Source: Vicinamibacterales bacterium (lineage in GTDB: Bacteria; Acidobacteriota; Vicinamibacteria; Vicinamibacterales; UBA2999). Taken from it: 64,000 nt of DNA. Under the pieces are notes generated by a model that saw only the letters and a program-made list of their open reading frames with translations, was not told the DNA's origin and searched no databases. The stretch is taken from the NCBI GenBank assembly GCA_050247355.1, contig JBFWUK010000015.1, positions 25,821 through 89,820 of the forward strand. The letters run 5' to 3'. The first letter of the stretch is position 1; each line of letters starts with the position of its first letter. Position numbers and translations under genes: made by a program. This document shows positions 46,189 through 54,347 of the stretch, in pieces.

Positions 46189-47451
46189 TCACTTCCGTTC
46201 TGTCTGCAGGGTTTCCGACATCCGTTGTGCCGACACGAGTCCTGAAAGGCAGGTGAGTGCCGCAATCACCCAGAGCGCGACGATGAGCCCAAACGCATCG
46301 GCGGTGAGGCCGGCGAGCAAGGCGCCCACCGCGTAGCCGAGATCGCGCCACAGCCGATATACACCGACGGCCGAAGCGCGCCACGCCGGATGGGCGACGT
46401 CGCCAATTGCCGCGAGCAACGCCGGATAGACCATCGCCGTCCCGATGCCGAGCAACAACCCGCCGGCGACAAAGCCGGTGAACCCGCGCGCCAGCGCGAC
46501 GACGCCGATGCCGGCCGCCTGGATCCACATGCCCCAGACGATCAGCGGCTTGCGCCCGATGCGGTCGGACAGCGCGCCCGTCGCCAGTTGCCCGACGCCC
46601 CAACTGGCCGGATAGATCGCAGCCAGCAGTCCCACCTGGGCGAGGTTCATGCCCGAGGCCATGAACACCAGCGGAAACAGGCCCCAGGCCATGCCGTCGT
46701 TCAGGTTGTTGACGAGGCCGGCCTGGCTGACGCTCGAGAGGTTTCGATCGCCCAGCGTCGTGCGCCAAAACACTTCGCGTGGCGACGGCATGCCGCCCTG
46801 GGGCGCTGCACCGGCGAGCGCCGCCTCGTGGCTGACGTGATGACGAGTCTCGCGGACCAGGAATGCCGACAGTGCGAAGCCGAGGGCCACATACCCGACG
46901 CCAAGGTAAAACGGCTGGGGCCGCACGCCGTAGCGGGTCGCGACCCAGCCCGTGGCCAGCGCGCTGGCCGCTACCGCCAGGTAGCCCGCGAACTCGTTGA
47001 TCCCCATGGCCAGGCCGCGTTGCTTCGATCCGGCCAGGTCGATCTTCATGATCACCGTGGTCGACCAGGTGAGCCCCTGACTCACGCCGAGGAAGAGGTT
47101 GGCGACCAGCACCCAGTTCCAGGTCGGCGCCCACATCAACATGAACGGCACGGGCGTCGCGACCAGCCAGCCGGCGACCAGCACGTGCTTGCGTCCCCAC
47201 CGATCCGACAGGCGGCCGGCGCCGTAGTTGGTGAGCGCCTTCGCGACCCCAAAGACGACAATGAACGACAGCATCGCGGTGCGCGCGACGAGGTGGAATT
47301 CCTGCTCGGCGATGGCCGGCAGGATGCTGCGTTCGAGGCCCACCATCGCGCCGACAAACGCGTTGACCAGGACCAACAGCCAGAACTGGCCGGCGTTCTC
47401 GCGAAGGCCGAGCCGGACGGCGCCGTGGCCAGACCGCGGGGCCGTGGTCAT
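46189..47451 (-). CDS. MFS transporter
   Basis: About 12 TM helices, with MFS motif GRLSDRWGRK. The ATG at 47451 overlaps the stop of the upstream regulator gene (ATGA). Confidence 0.85.
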   Translation of the reverse strand: MTTAPRSGHGAVRLGLRENAGQFWLLVLVNAFVGAMVGLERSILPAIAEQEFHLVARTAMLSFIVVFGVAKALTNYGAGRLSDRWGRKHVLVAGWLVATPVPFMLMWAPTWNWVLVANLFLGVSQGLTWSTTVIMKIDLAGSKQRGLAMGINEFAGYLAVAASALATGWVATRYGVRPQPFYLGVGYVALGFALSAFLVRETRHHVSHEAALAGAAPQGGMPSPREVFWRTTLGDRNLSSVSQAGLVNNLNDGMAWGLFPLVFMASGMNLAQVGLLAAIYPASWGVGQLATGALSDRIGRKPLIVWGMWIQAAGIGVVALARGFTGFVAGGLLLGIGTAMVYPALLAAIGDVAHPAWRASAVGVYRLWRDLGYAVGALLAGLTADAFGLIVALWVIAALTCLSGLVSAQRMSETLQTERK

Positions 47452-48137
47452 TGGCGTGGGCTTTCGTGGCTCCTGCCGGTCGCCACGCGCCAGCCACGTG
47501 CGCGCCATTCGGTGACGCCCTCGTCCAGGGCATGGGCGCGGTAACCCTTCGCACGGAGCACCGCGACCGCGTCGGTTGACATCACGCAGTACGGCCCGCG
47601 GCAGTAGGCCACGACCTCGCGATGTTTGGGGATTTCGCGAAGCCGTTTCTTCAACTCGCCCAGCGGGATGGAGACCGCGTTGGGAAGGTGGCCGGCCTTG
47701 AACTCGGTGTCAGGGCGGACGTCAAGCACCGTCACTTCGCCCGACCGCACCTTGCGGATCAGATCCTGCTGGCTGACGCCGTCCAGCATGCCGCGATGGT
47801 GCAGATAGTCCTGCCGCACCCGGTCGATCTCGGCTATGCGGGCGTGAGCCAGCGTCCGCAACCGCAGCACGAAGTCGGCGACCAGCGCGTCGGTCAGGCG
47901 ATAGGTGACATAGAGCCCGGCCTTCTCGGTGTCGACCAGCCGCGCGCCGCGCAGCACCTGGAGGTGGTGCGAGGTGTTGGCGATGCTCTGCCCGATGTCA
48001 CCGGCGATGGCCTCGACCGTGCGCGGCGCCTGCGCCAGCAGGTCGAGGATCTCGAGCCGCACCGGGTTGGCGGCGGCCTTGCCGACGTGGGCGATCAGCT
48101 CGTAGAGGGCGGTCTTGAAGCGGGTGGGTTGCGCCAT
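47448..48137 (-). CDS. ArsR-family HTH regulator fused to a rhodanese domain
   Basis: 229 aa. ArsR wHTH LANPVRLEILDLLAQAPRTVEAIAGDIGQSIANTSHHLQVLR. Then rhodanese VLDVRPDTEFKAGHLPNAVSIP with active-site loop AYCRGPYCV. Confidence 0.85.
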   Translation of the reverse strand: MAQPTRFKTALYELIAHVGKAAANPVRLEILDLLAQAPRTVEAIAGDIGQSIANTSHHLQVLRGARLVDTEKAGLYVTYRLTDALVADFVLRLRTLAHARIAEIDRVRQDYLHHRGMLDGVSQQDLIRKVRSGEVTVLDVRPDTEFKAGHLPNAVSIPLGELKKRLREIPKHREVVAYCRGPYCVMSTDAVAVLRAKGYRAHALDEGVTEWRARGWRVATGRSHESPRQ

Positions 48138-48143
48138 ATCGCG

Positions 48144-48167
48144 ATATTCAAGAGAATACTTGAATAT
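48144..48167. promoter_or_regulatory. perfect 9-6-9 palindrome ATATTCAAG-AGAATA-CTTGAATAT, candidate ArsR-type operator
   Basis: Read directly. AT-rich island 7 nt upstream of the regulator ATG, in the 73-nt divergent gap. An adjacent 8-nt palindrome ATCGCGAT lies at 48138-48145. Confidence 0.6.
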
Positions 48168-48210
48168 GAAAATGACGGTCAAATCGCGGACAGGCGTATG
48201 ATGGCCGGCA

Positions 48211-48870
48211 ATGGCTGGCCGCCCTGCTCTCCGCATCCTGGGGGTCGCGCTCTCGGGGCTGATTCTCAGCGTCGCGTCGGCCACCGGCCAACAGGCTGAA
48301 GCCGACCGCGAACGCACCGTGCGAATGGCCGATATCCTGACCGCGCTCGGCGCGCGGGATGGCGCCCACATCGCCGATGTTGGCGCGGCGGATGGTTTCT
48401 ACGCCTTGCGCATCGCCCGCGCCGTGGCTCCCACCGGGCGCGCCTATGCCGTCGATATCGACGAAGGCTCGCTCACGAAACTTCGCGAACGGGCGGCACG
48501 CGACTCCATCACCAACGTCGAGGTCATCCTCGGCGCGCCCGACGATCCCAAGCTGCCGCTGGCGGCAATCGACGCGGTTCTGATCCGCAATGCGTATCAC
48601 GAGATGCCGGCCCATCACAGCGTGGTGACGGGCGTCGCGCGCGGGTTGCGACCGGGCGGCACCTTGGTCGTCATCGAATCGATTCGTGACGATAACCGCG
48701 CCAAGACGCGCGAGGAGCAGGTCAAGGAACACGAGATTGCGCCGGAGATTGTCGAGGCCGAGCTTCGCGAGGCCGGGTTCGAGATTGTCGAGCGTCAGGA
48801 CCCGTTCACGACCTTTACTCGCGGCGCGTTCTGGATGATTCGCGCCAGGCGCCCTGCCGCGCCACGGTAG
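48211..48870 (+). CDS. class I SAM-dependent methyltransferase with an N-terminal signal or anchor sequence
   Basis: 219 aa. N-terminus MAGRPALRILGVALSGLILSVASATGQQ. SAM motif IADVGAADGFY and VDIDEGSL. Confidence 0.7.
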   Translation: MAGRPALRILGVALSGLILSVASATGQQAEADRERTVRMADILTALGARDGAHIADVGAADGFYALRIARAVAPTGRAYAVDIDEGSLTKLRERAARDSITNVEVILGAPDDPKLPLAAIDAVLIRNAYHEMPAHHSVVTGVARGLRPGGTLVVIESIRDDNRAKTREEQVKEHEIAPEIVEAELREAGFEIVERQDPFTTFTRGAFWMIRARRPAAPR

Positions 48871-48877
48871 TATCAAC

Positions 48878-49942
48878 GTGTCATCGTCGGCCATGGCGTT
48901 GCTGGACCAGTTCGCCCGCAGCTCCGCGATCACGCTGCTGGCCGTGCTCGCCGTCGTGCTGATCCGAGATGCTCGTCGCATTCCCTCGGCGGCGACCGCC
49001 GTCGGCTTGTTCCTGACCATTGCCGCGCACCTGGTGCTGACCTCGCCGGATTACGTCGCGCTTCGCGGGCTGAACGCCGCGCTGATGGCCGGCGCGTTTG
49101 CAGTCCCCGGTGCGTTCCTGCTGTTCAGCCGCGCGTTCTTCGACGACGAGCGACAAGGGGATTGGCTGGATGTGGCGACGCTCGCCGCCCTCGTGGCGAC
49201 GGGCTTTATGCGCGGCACGTCACTGGCGCCGGTCGGTACCGTGTTGTTCTACGGCGGCAGTCTCGCGTTGGTCGGGTACGGCCTGGCCCGGGTCGTGCGC
49301 GGCCTGCCCGGCGACCTGGTTGAACCCCGCCGGCGGTTACGCGTCGTCCTGACGATCGCGGTCGGCGTCACCATCGCGCTGGTCATTGCCGGCGAGATAC
49401 TCCTGGGAGGCGAACGGCCGCCACGGTGGGTCGATACGTTGAAGAGTTGTGGCGCGCTTGGCCTCGCGTGGTGGTTTGCGACCTGGCTGTTGTCGCCGCG
49501 GACCGATCTGTTCGCATCGCAAGCACCGCCCGATCGGGTCGCCGCCTCGCCACTGCTCGCGGCGGGGGCATCGCCTGAAGACGTTCGTTTTCGGGACCGC
49601 CTGCTCGCCTTGATGCGCGAAGGGCGGGCCTACCGCCAGGAGGGCCTCACCATCGCGGCTCTCGCCCGCACGCTGGACCTGCCTGAGTACCGCCTCCGCC
49701 GCGTGATCAACCAGCAACTGGGCTATCGGAACTTCAACGCGTTCGTGAATGGCTTCCGGATCGATGAAGCATGCCGCATGCTCGCGGACCCCGCTCAGGA
49801 ACGGCGGCCGATCCTGAACCTGGCCCTCGATCTCGGCTACGGATCTCCGGGGGCGTTCAACCGCGCGTTTCGCGCCAGGACCGGGCAGACCCCCACCGAT
49901 TACCGCAGGTCGCGGCTCGGCTCCTCATCGCCGGCGGCCTGA
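48878..49942 (+). CDS. membrane-embedded AraC/XylS-family transcriptional regulator
   Basis: 354 aa with about 6 N-terminal TM helices and a C-terminal AraC HTH (LARTLDLPEYRLRRVINQQLGYRNFNAFVNGFRIDEACRML...GYGSPGAFNRAFRARTGQTPTDYR). Start is GTG at 48878 or ATG at 48893. Confidence 0.8.
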   Translation: MSSSAMALLDQFARSSAITLLAVLAVVLIRDARRIPSAATAVGLFLTIAAHLVLTSPDYVALRGLNAALMAGAFAVPGAFLLFSRAFFDDERQGDWLDVATLAALVATGFMRGTSLAPVGTVLFYGGSLALVGYGLARVVRGLPGDLVEPRRRLRVVLTIAVGVTIALVIAGEILLGGERPPRWVDTLKSCGALGLAWWFATWLLSPRTDLFASQAPPDRVAASPLLAAGASPEDVRFRDRLLALMREGRAYRQEGLTIAALARTLDLPEYRLRRVINQQLGYRNFNAFVNGFRIDEACRMLADPAQERRPILNLALDLGYGSPGAFNRAFRARTGQTPTDYRRSRLGSSSPAA

Positions 49943-50044
49943 ACCCGCAGGCCGAATCGTGAAAAACGCGGCCGAATTCGACAATCGGCCGGCGTGGGCG
50001 GTTTCCGGCGCGACTTTTCCGGCCCCCTCCGCAATCCTCCTGTG

Positions 50045-50242
50045 ATGAGGCTTCTTTACCTGCTTCCCCTGGCCGGCTTCGTTGTGTCGACGCTGATCAT
50101 CGGCTACGGTGTGGTCATCCCGTCGAGTTCGATTGCCGGCGTGAACGAACTCACGATCGGTTTTGGGACGACCATCCTCGGTGCCTGCCTGGCCTATGTG
50201 GCCGGCATCCAGATCGTGATCAAGAACCCTCCCGGCACCTGA
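50045..50242 (+). CDS. small two-TM membrane protein, hypothetical
   Basis: 65 aa from MRLLYLLPLAGFVVSTLIIGYGVV inside track ORF 49994..50242. No family recognised. Confidence 0.35.
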   Translation: MRLLYLLPLAGFVVSTLIIGYGVVIPSSSIAGVNELTIGFGTTILGACLAYVAGIQIVIKNPPGT

Positions 50243-50280
50243 AAGTCGTCCATCACGCGCGGTCGCGCGGGGAGAACAGG

Positions 50281-50895
50281 ATGAGTTTCTACAGCGAGCG
50301 GGTGTTGCCACGGCTGGTGCACTCGTCCATGAGCCAGGCGACGCTGGCGCCGTATCGCCAGCGCGTGACCGCCCAGGCGCGCGGCCGGGTGCTGGAGATT
50401 GGCGTCGGCTCGGGCCTCAACCTCCCCTTGTATGACGCGGCGAGCCACGTTGTCGGGCTTGACCCCTCGTCAAGGCTGCTGGCGATGGCGCGCGCGACCG
50501 CCGGCGGCCTCGACCGATCGATCGAGCTGATCGAAGGCGTGGCCGAAGCCATTCCGCTGCCGGACCATGCGGTCGACACTGTGGTGTCGACCTGGACGAT
50601 GTGCTCGATTCCGGAACTCCCGCGGGCGCTGGCCGAGATGCGACGGGTGCTCGCGCCGGACGGTCTGCTGGTGTTTGTCGAACATGGCCGCTCGCCCGAA
50701 CCCGGGGTTGCGCGCTGGCAGCATCGGCTGACACCGCTCTGGAAGCGGCTGGCAGGCGGGTGTCATCTGAACCGGCCCATCGAGCAACTCGTTGCCGCGG
50801 CCGGCTTTCGCTTCGATCGGATCGAGAAGGGTTACATGGACGGCCCGAGACCAATGACGTTCATGTACGAGGGGCTGGCTCGCCCGCAGCACTGA
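50281..50895 (+). CDS. class I SAM-dependent methyltransferase (type 11)
   Basis: 204 aa. Motifs VLEIGVGSGLNL, VGLDPSSRLL and LLVFVEHG. RBS GGGGAG upstream. Confidence 0.8.
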   Translation: MSFYSERVLPRLVHSSMSQATLAPYRQRVTAQARGRVLEIGVGSGLNLPLYDAASHVVGLDPSSRLLAMARATAGGLDRSIELIEGVAEAIPLPDHAVDTVVSTWTMCSIPELPRALAEMRRVLAPDGLLVFVEHGRSPEPGVARWQHRLTPLWKRLAGGCHLNRPIEQLVAAAGFRFDRIEKGYMDGPRPMTFMYEGLARPQH

Positions 50896-50929
50896 TCGCT
50901 GCCGGCCACTCTGCTACGCTGGCCGGAGC

Positions 50930-52186
50930 ATGTTGCGAATCCTGCCGGTAGCGATCGCGATCCTGCTGACACTGGCCGCGGGTGCGGCGCAGGCGCAGGA
51001 CCAACCGGCGCGCGACGCCTCTGGCACGGCGTGGCAACCAGCGGCGACCCCCATGGAGGGCATCCATGCCTCGATCGGCGACTGGGTGTTTATGGGACAC
51101 GCGAACGTGTTCGCGCAGTTCCTCTACGAGGCGGGCGAAGTCCATCGCACCAGCCGCCAGGCGGGCAGCATCAACTGGTTCATGGGAACAGCCCGCCGGC
51201 CGCTCGGCCGCGGCCGCATCGGCCTGCGTGCGATGCTGAGCGCCGAGCCGTGGACGATTGGCGGCTGCGGCTACCCGGATCTGCTTGCCACCGGTGAGGT
51301 ATGCGACGGCGACACGCTTCACGATCAGCAACACCCCCACGATTTGTTCATGGAGCTCGCCGCCGATTACGAGCGGCCGCTCTCGGACCGGTTGCGGCTG
51401 CATGTCTACGCCGGACTGGCGGGCGAGCCCGCGCTTGGCCCGCCGGCCTTTCCGCATCGCGTCTCGGCCATGCCCAACCCGATTGCGCCGATCGCCCATC
51501 ACTGGCTCGACGCCACCCACATTGCCTATGGGGTCGTGACTGCGGGCGTTTCGGGATCACGCTGGCGCGCCGAAGGCTCGGTGTTCAACGGACGGGAGCC
51601 GGATGAGTCGCGCCTGGGAATCGATCTGGCTCCGCTCGATTCGGTCGCGGCCCGCGTCTCGATGGCACCCAACGAGCGGTGGTCGCTGCAAATGTCGGCG
51701 GGCCACCTTCGCGAATCGGAGGCGGGCCTGGGCAGCCAGCCCCGGCAGGATGTGAATCGCGCCACGGCCTCGGCCAGTTACTTCCGGCCTACTTCCGGAT
51801 CGGGCGGCTGGGCCGCGACCGTCGCCTACGGCGTGAACCACGAGACCAGCAGCGTTCCGGGAGGACTGCTGGAGCAATCGACGCACGCCGTGCTCGCGGA
51901 GACGAGCCTGCGCTCGGCCAGCGGCCGGCACCGGTGGTTTGGCCGGATGGAAGTGGTGGGCAAGCCCGCGCACGATCTGCACGTGCATGAATACATCACC
52001 AACATCTTCACGGTGGGGAAGGCGCAGGTCGGCTACCTGCATCAGCTGCCGGCGATCAAGCACTGGGCGCCGGGCGTTGGCGCGCACGTGAACCTCAGCT
52101 TGCTGCCGGAACTGCTGGCGCCGCGCTACGGCGGACGAGTGGCCCCGGGCGTCGGCGTGTTCGCCAACCTGCGGCCCGTGCACTAA
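50930..52186 (+). CDS. exported protein, possible outer-membrane beta-barrel, unknown family
   Basis: 418 aa with signal peptide AILLTLAAGAAQAQ. Alternating beta-strand-like pattern. His clusters HDQQHPHD and HHWLDATH. Confidence 0.45.
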   Translation: MLRILPVAIAILLTLAAGAAQAQDQPARDASGTAWQPAATPMEGIHASIGDWVFMGHANVFAQFLYEAGEVHRTSRQAGSINWFMGTARRPLGRGRIGLRAMLSAEPWTIGGCGYPDLLATGEVCDGDTLHDQQHPHDLFMELAADYERPLSDRLRLHVYAGLAGEPALGPPAFPHRVSAMPNPIAPIAHHWLDATHIAYGVVTAGVSGSRWRAEGSVFNGREPDESRLGIDLAPLDSVAARVSMAPNERWSLQMSAGHLRESEAGLGSQPRQDVNRATASASYFRPTSGSGGWAATVAYGVNHETSSVPGGLLEQSTHAVLAETSLRSASGRHRWFGRMEVVGKPAHDLHVHEYITNIFTVGKAQVGYLHQLPAIKHWAPGVGAHVNLSLLPELLAPRYGGRVAPGVGVFANLRPVH

Positions 52187-52257
52187 CTCGGCAGCGGGCC
52201 TGGCCTTCGCCCCGTCGTGGTGGGATAAAGGTAGGATCTTGCTGGTATGATTGGCGC

Positions 52258-52488
52258 ATGAGACAGAAGACGTCGCTCACGCTGTCGGAGGACGTGCTGG
52301 CGGCGGTCAAGAAGGCCGCGCGCCGCGGCGAAAGCCGCTCGGAAACGGTCAACCGCCTCCTGAGCGAGCGGCTCGCGGAGCACGCCGCCGAGACCGCGCG
52401 GGCCCGCGAAGTCGCCCAGATTAATCGGCATGCCGACGCGCTCAACGCCGAGGCTGCGGACGTGCTGGCGTATCAAGGCGACGTGTGA
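52258..52488 (+). CDS. ribbon-helix-helix antitoxin
   Basis: 76 aa. [36 protein letters not shown] is RHH-like. The stop overlaps the toxin GTG start (GTGTGA). Confidence 0.65.
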   Translation: MRQKTSLTLSEDVLAAVKKAARRGESRSETVNRLLSERLAEHAAETARAREVAQINRHADALNAEAADVLAYQGDV

Positions 52489-52829
52489 GGCGCGGCGACC
52501 TGTTTCGCGTCGCACGCCCCGGCGGCGCCGATCCCAAGGCGTACCGCGTGTTCGCGGTCGTCGGCCGGCAGGCCGTGATCGACTCGCGGTTCTCGACGGT
52601 GGTGTGTGCGCCCGTGTACTCGGCGCGGCATGGCCTGAGCAGCCAGGTCGCGGTGGGCGTGGACGAGGGCCTCAAACACGACAGCGCCCTGCACTGTGAC
52701 GAACTGGTCAGCCTGCCCAAAGCGCGCCTGACCGCCTTCGTCGGCCGGCTCTCGGCGGCGAAGATCCGCGCCCTTGATCACGCGCTGGTCGCCGCACTCG
52801 ACATCGATCTCGATGCGCTGATGTCCTGA
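52485..52829 (+). CDS. mazF: MazF/PemK-family endoribonuclease toxin
   Basis: 114 aa. [13 protein letters not shown]...RVFAVVGRQ...VVCAPVYS...[13 protein letters not shown] matches the PemK fold pattern. Confidence 0.75.
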   Translation: MRRGDLFRVARPGGADPKAYRVFAVVGRQAVIDSRFSTVVCAPVYSARHGLSSQVAVGVDEGLKHDSALHCDELVSLPKARLTAFVGRLSAAKIRALDHALVAALDIDLDALMS

Positions 52830-52862
52830 CCCGTTGCCCGATGCGCCAGCTCACGAGCACGG

Positions 52863-53762
52863 TCATCGCCGGCGCCTGGGTCCCGTCTGGTCGATCGCGG
52901 CGCGCACGGCGGCCGCCAGCTTTTCCGCCGGGCCGTGCCCCCAATAGTGCAGGAAGATCACCGTCGGCTTCGCGCCGGTCATGTGGTGATGAATGGCGAC
53001 GATGTCGATGCCGTTCTCGCGCAGCGTCTTCAGCACCGGCGTCACCTCGGCGTCGAGCATGGCGATGTCACCGGCGACCACCGCGTTGGCATCGCTTCCG
53101 AAGAACGCCGCCCAGGTGTTCAGTCCCATCCGCGCGTTGATCGCGGCACCCATTTCCTGCAGCTTCAGGTCCGGGCGGCCGATGGTGATCTTGAAGACCT
53201 GGCCGTTCTGCTCGCCGGCCGTGCCGATGATGCCGGCGAGTTTCGCCGTGTCGAGAGTGCCGGCAGTCACGGTCGAGGCCATGGCCGGGGCACCGTCCGG
53301 GCGCGAGGCGATCGTGCCGATCAGGTCGAGCGCCGGCTTGATGCGCTTGGCCAGGTCGGCGGCCGAGCCGTGCCCATGCACGTGCATGTAAAACATGCGC
53401 GGCGATTCCCAGAAGAAGTGGTTGTGCAGCGCGGTGACATTCAGACCTTGCGCCAGCACCGCCGACATCACCGGGTTCACTTCGTCCTGGGTCAGGACGA
53501 GGTCGCCCATCATGACCTCCATTCCACTGCCCTTGGTGAGCGCGATCCAGCCGCCGAAGCCAAACGGTGTTGGTGTGGCCACGCCGGCGACGGTCACCTT
53601 GAGGTCGCCGCGTGGGACGTTGACCTTGAGCACGCCGTCCTTGAAATCGCCGGTCCGGGCCAGCGTGTCGAGCACGCCCTTGTACTCCGGCGGCATTTCC
53701 TGCGCGGCAGCGCCGGTGGCAATCAACGACAGCAGTGCGAATGCGATGAGCGACTTGTGCAT
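52863..53762 (-). CDS. secreted DUF1259 (LppY/LpqO-like) protein
   Basis: 299 aa with a signal peptide and a two-fold internal repeat, each half carrying an (A/I)(L/H)HNHF/HHHM motif. Confidence 0.55.
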   Translation of the reverse strand: MHKSLIAFALLSLIATGAAAQEMPPEYKGVLDTLARTGDFKDGVLKVNVPRGDLKVTVAGVATPTPFGFGGWIALTKGSGMEVMMGDLVLTQDEVNPVMSAVLAQGLNVTALHNHFFWESPRMFYMHVHGHGSAADLAKRIKPALDLIGTIASRPDGAPAMASTVTAGTLDTAKLAGIIGTAGEQNGQVFKITIGRPDLKLQEMGAAINARMGLNTWAAFFGSDANAVVAGDIAMLDAEVTPVLKTLRENGIDIVAIHHHMTGAKPTVIFLHYWGHGPAEKLAAAVRAAIDQTGPRRRR

Positions 53763-53840
53763 GGCGATTCTCCTGAACGCCGAGGGCGGGCGCGTCCGAC
53801 CAGTCTAGCCCGAACCAGCCCGGGGCACCCTTTCGCTGGT

Positions 53841-53870
53841 TTGACAGCCCAGTCCGCGCGACGACATACT
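53841..53870 (+). promoter_or_regulatory. sigma70-like promoter TTGACA-N18-CATACT
   Basis: Perfect -35 hexamer at 53841-53846. CATACT at 53865-53870 lies 7 nt before the GTG at 53878. Confidence 0.4.
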
Positions 53871-53877
53871 GCCTGCA

Positions 53878-54270
53878 GTGCCGACCCTTCGGATTACCCG
53901 GATGATTGCGGCGGTCGCCGCGTTGGCATTGGCCCTGGCGGGCCTGTTGCCCGCGCCGCACGTGCATGACGGCGACGGCGAGCGGCTCGTTCACCAGCAT
54001 GCCATCGCCGACGGCGCAGGCCATCACGATGACTCGGACGGCGAACATCACGGTGGCGTCGAGCGACCGGACCACACCACCGCGAGAATCCTGACGCTCT
54101 CGTTCGAGTTCGCCGGTTACATCGCCGCCTTCAATCCTACTCATCTGGTTGGTGTGCCGGCGCCGCCCGCCGACGCCGAAGTCACCCCACCGATCCGCTC
54201 GACGCTCTTGCCCACTCACGACCCGCCGCTCCGGTTCGTCTCGTCGCCCGCCCCGCCCTCCGCCGCCTAG
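53878..54270 (+). CDS. His-rich small exported or anchored protein upstream of czcCBA
   Basis: 130 aa (122 aa if translated from the ATG at 53902). Hydrophobic N-terminus IAAVAALALALAGLL. The ATG-start form has 11 His in PHVH, HQH, GHH, EHH clusters and a Pro-rich tail. Confidence 0.5.
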   Translation: MPTLRITRMIAAVAALALALAGLLPAPHVHDGDGERLVHQHAIADGAGHHDDSDGEHHGGVERPDHTTARILTLSFEFAGYIAAFNPTHLVGVPAPPADAEVTPPIRSTLLPTHDPPLRFVSSPAPPSAA

Positions 54271-54347
54271 CCACCTCGTACGTACCCGTTCGTTCAATCG
54301 ATCTGAAGGTTTACGTTCGGCCCTGATCCGGCCGGAGGGCTCTGCCA

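Noticed and set aside
47448-48371. 307-aa version of the ArsR-rhodanese ORF starting at 48371
   Set aside because: The extra 78 N-terminal codons run through the operator and the divergent methyltransferase start, and they are Arg/Ser/Pro-rich. The ATG at 48137 gives a standard ArsR N-terminus.
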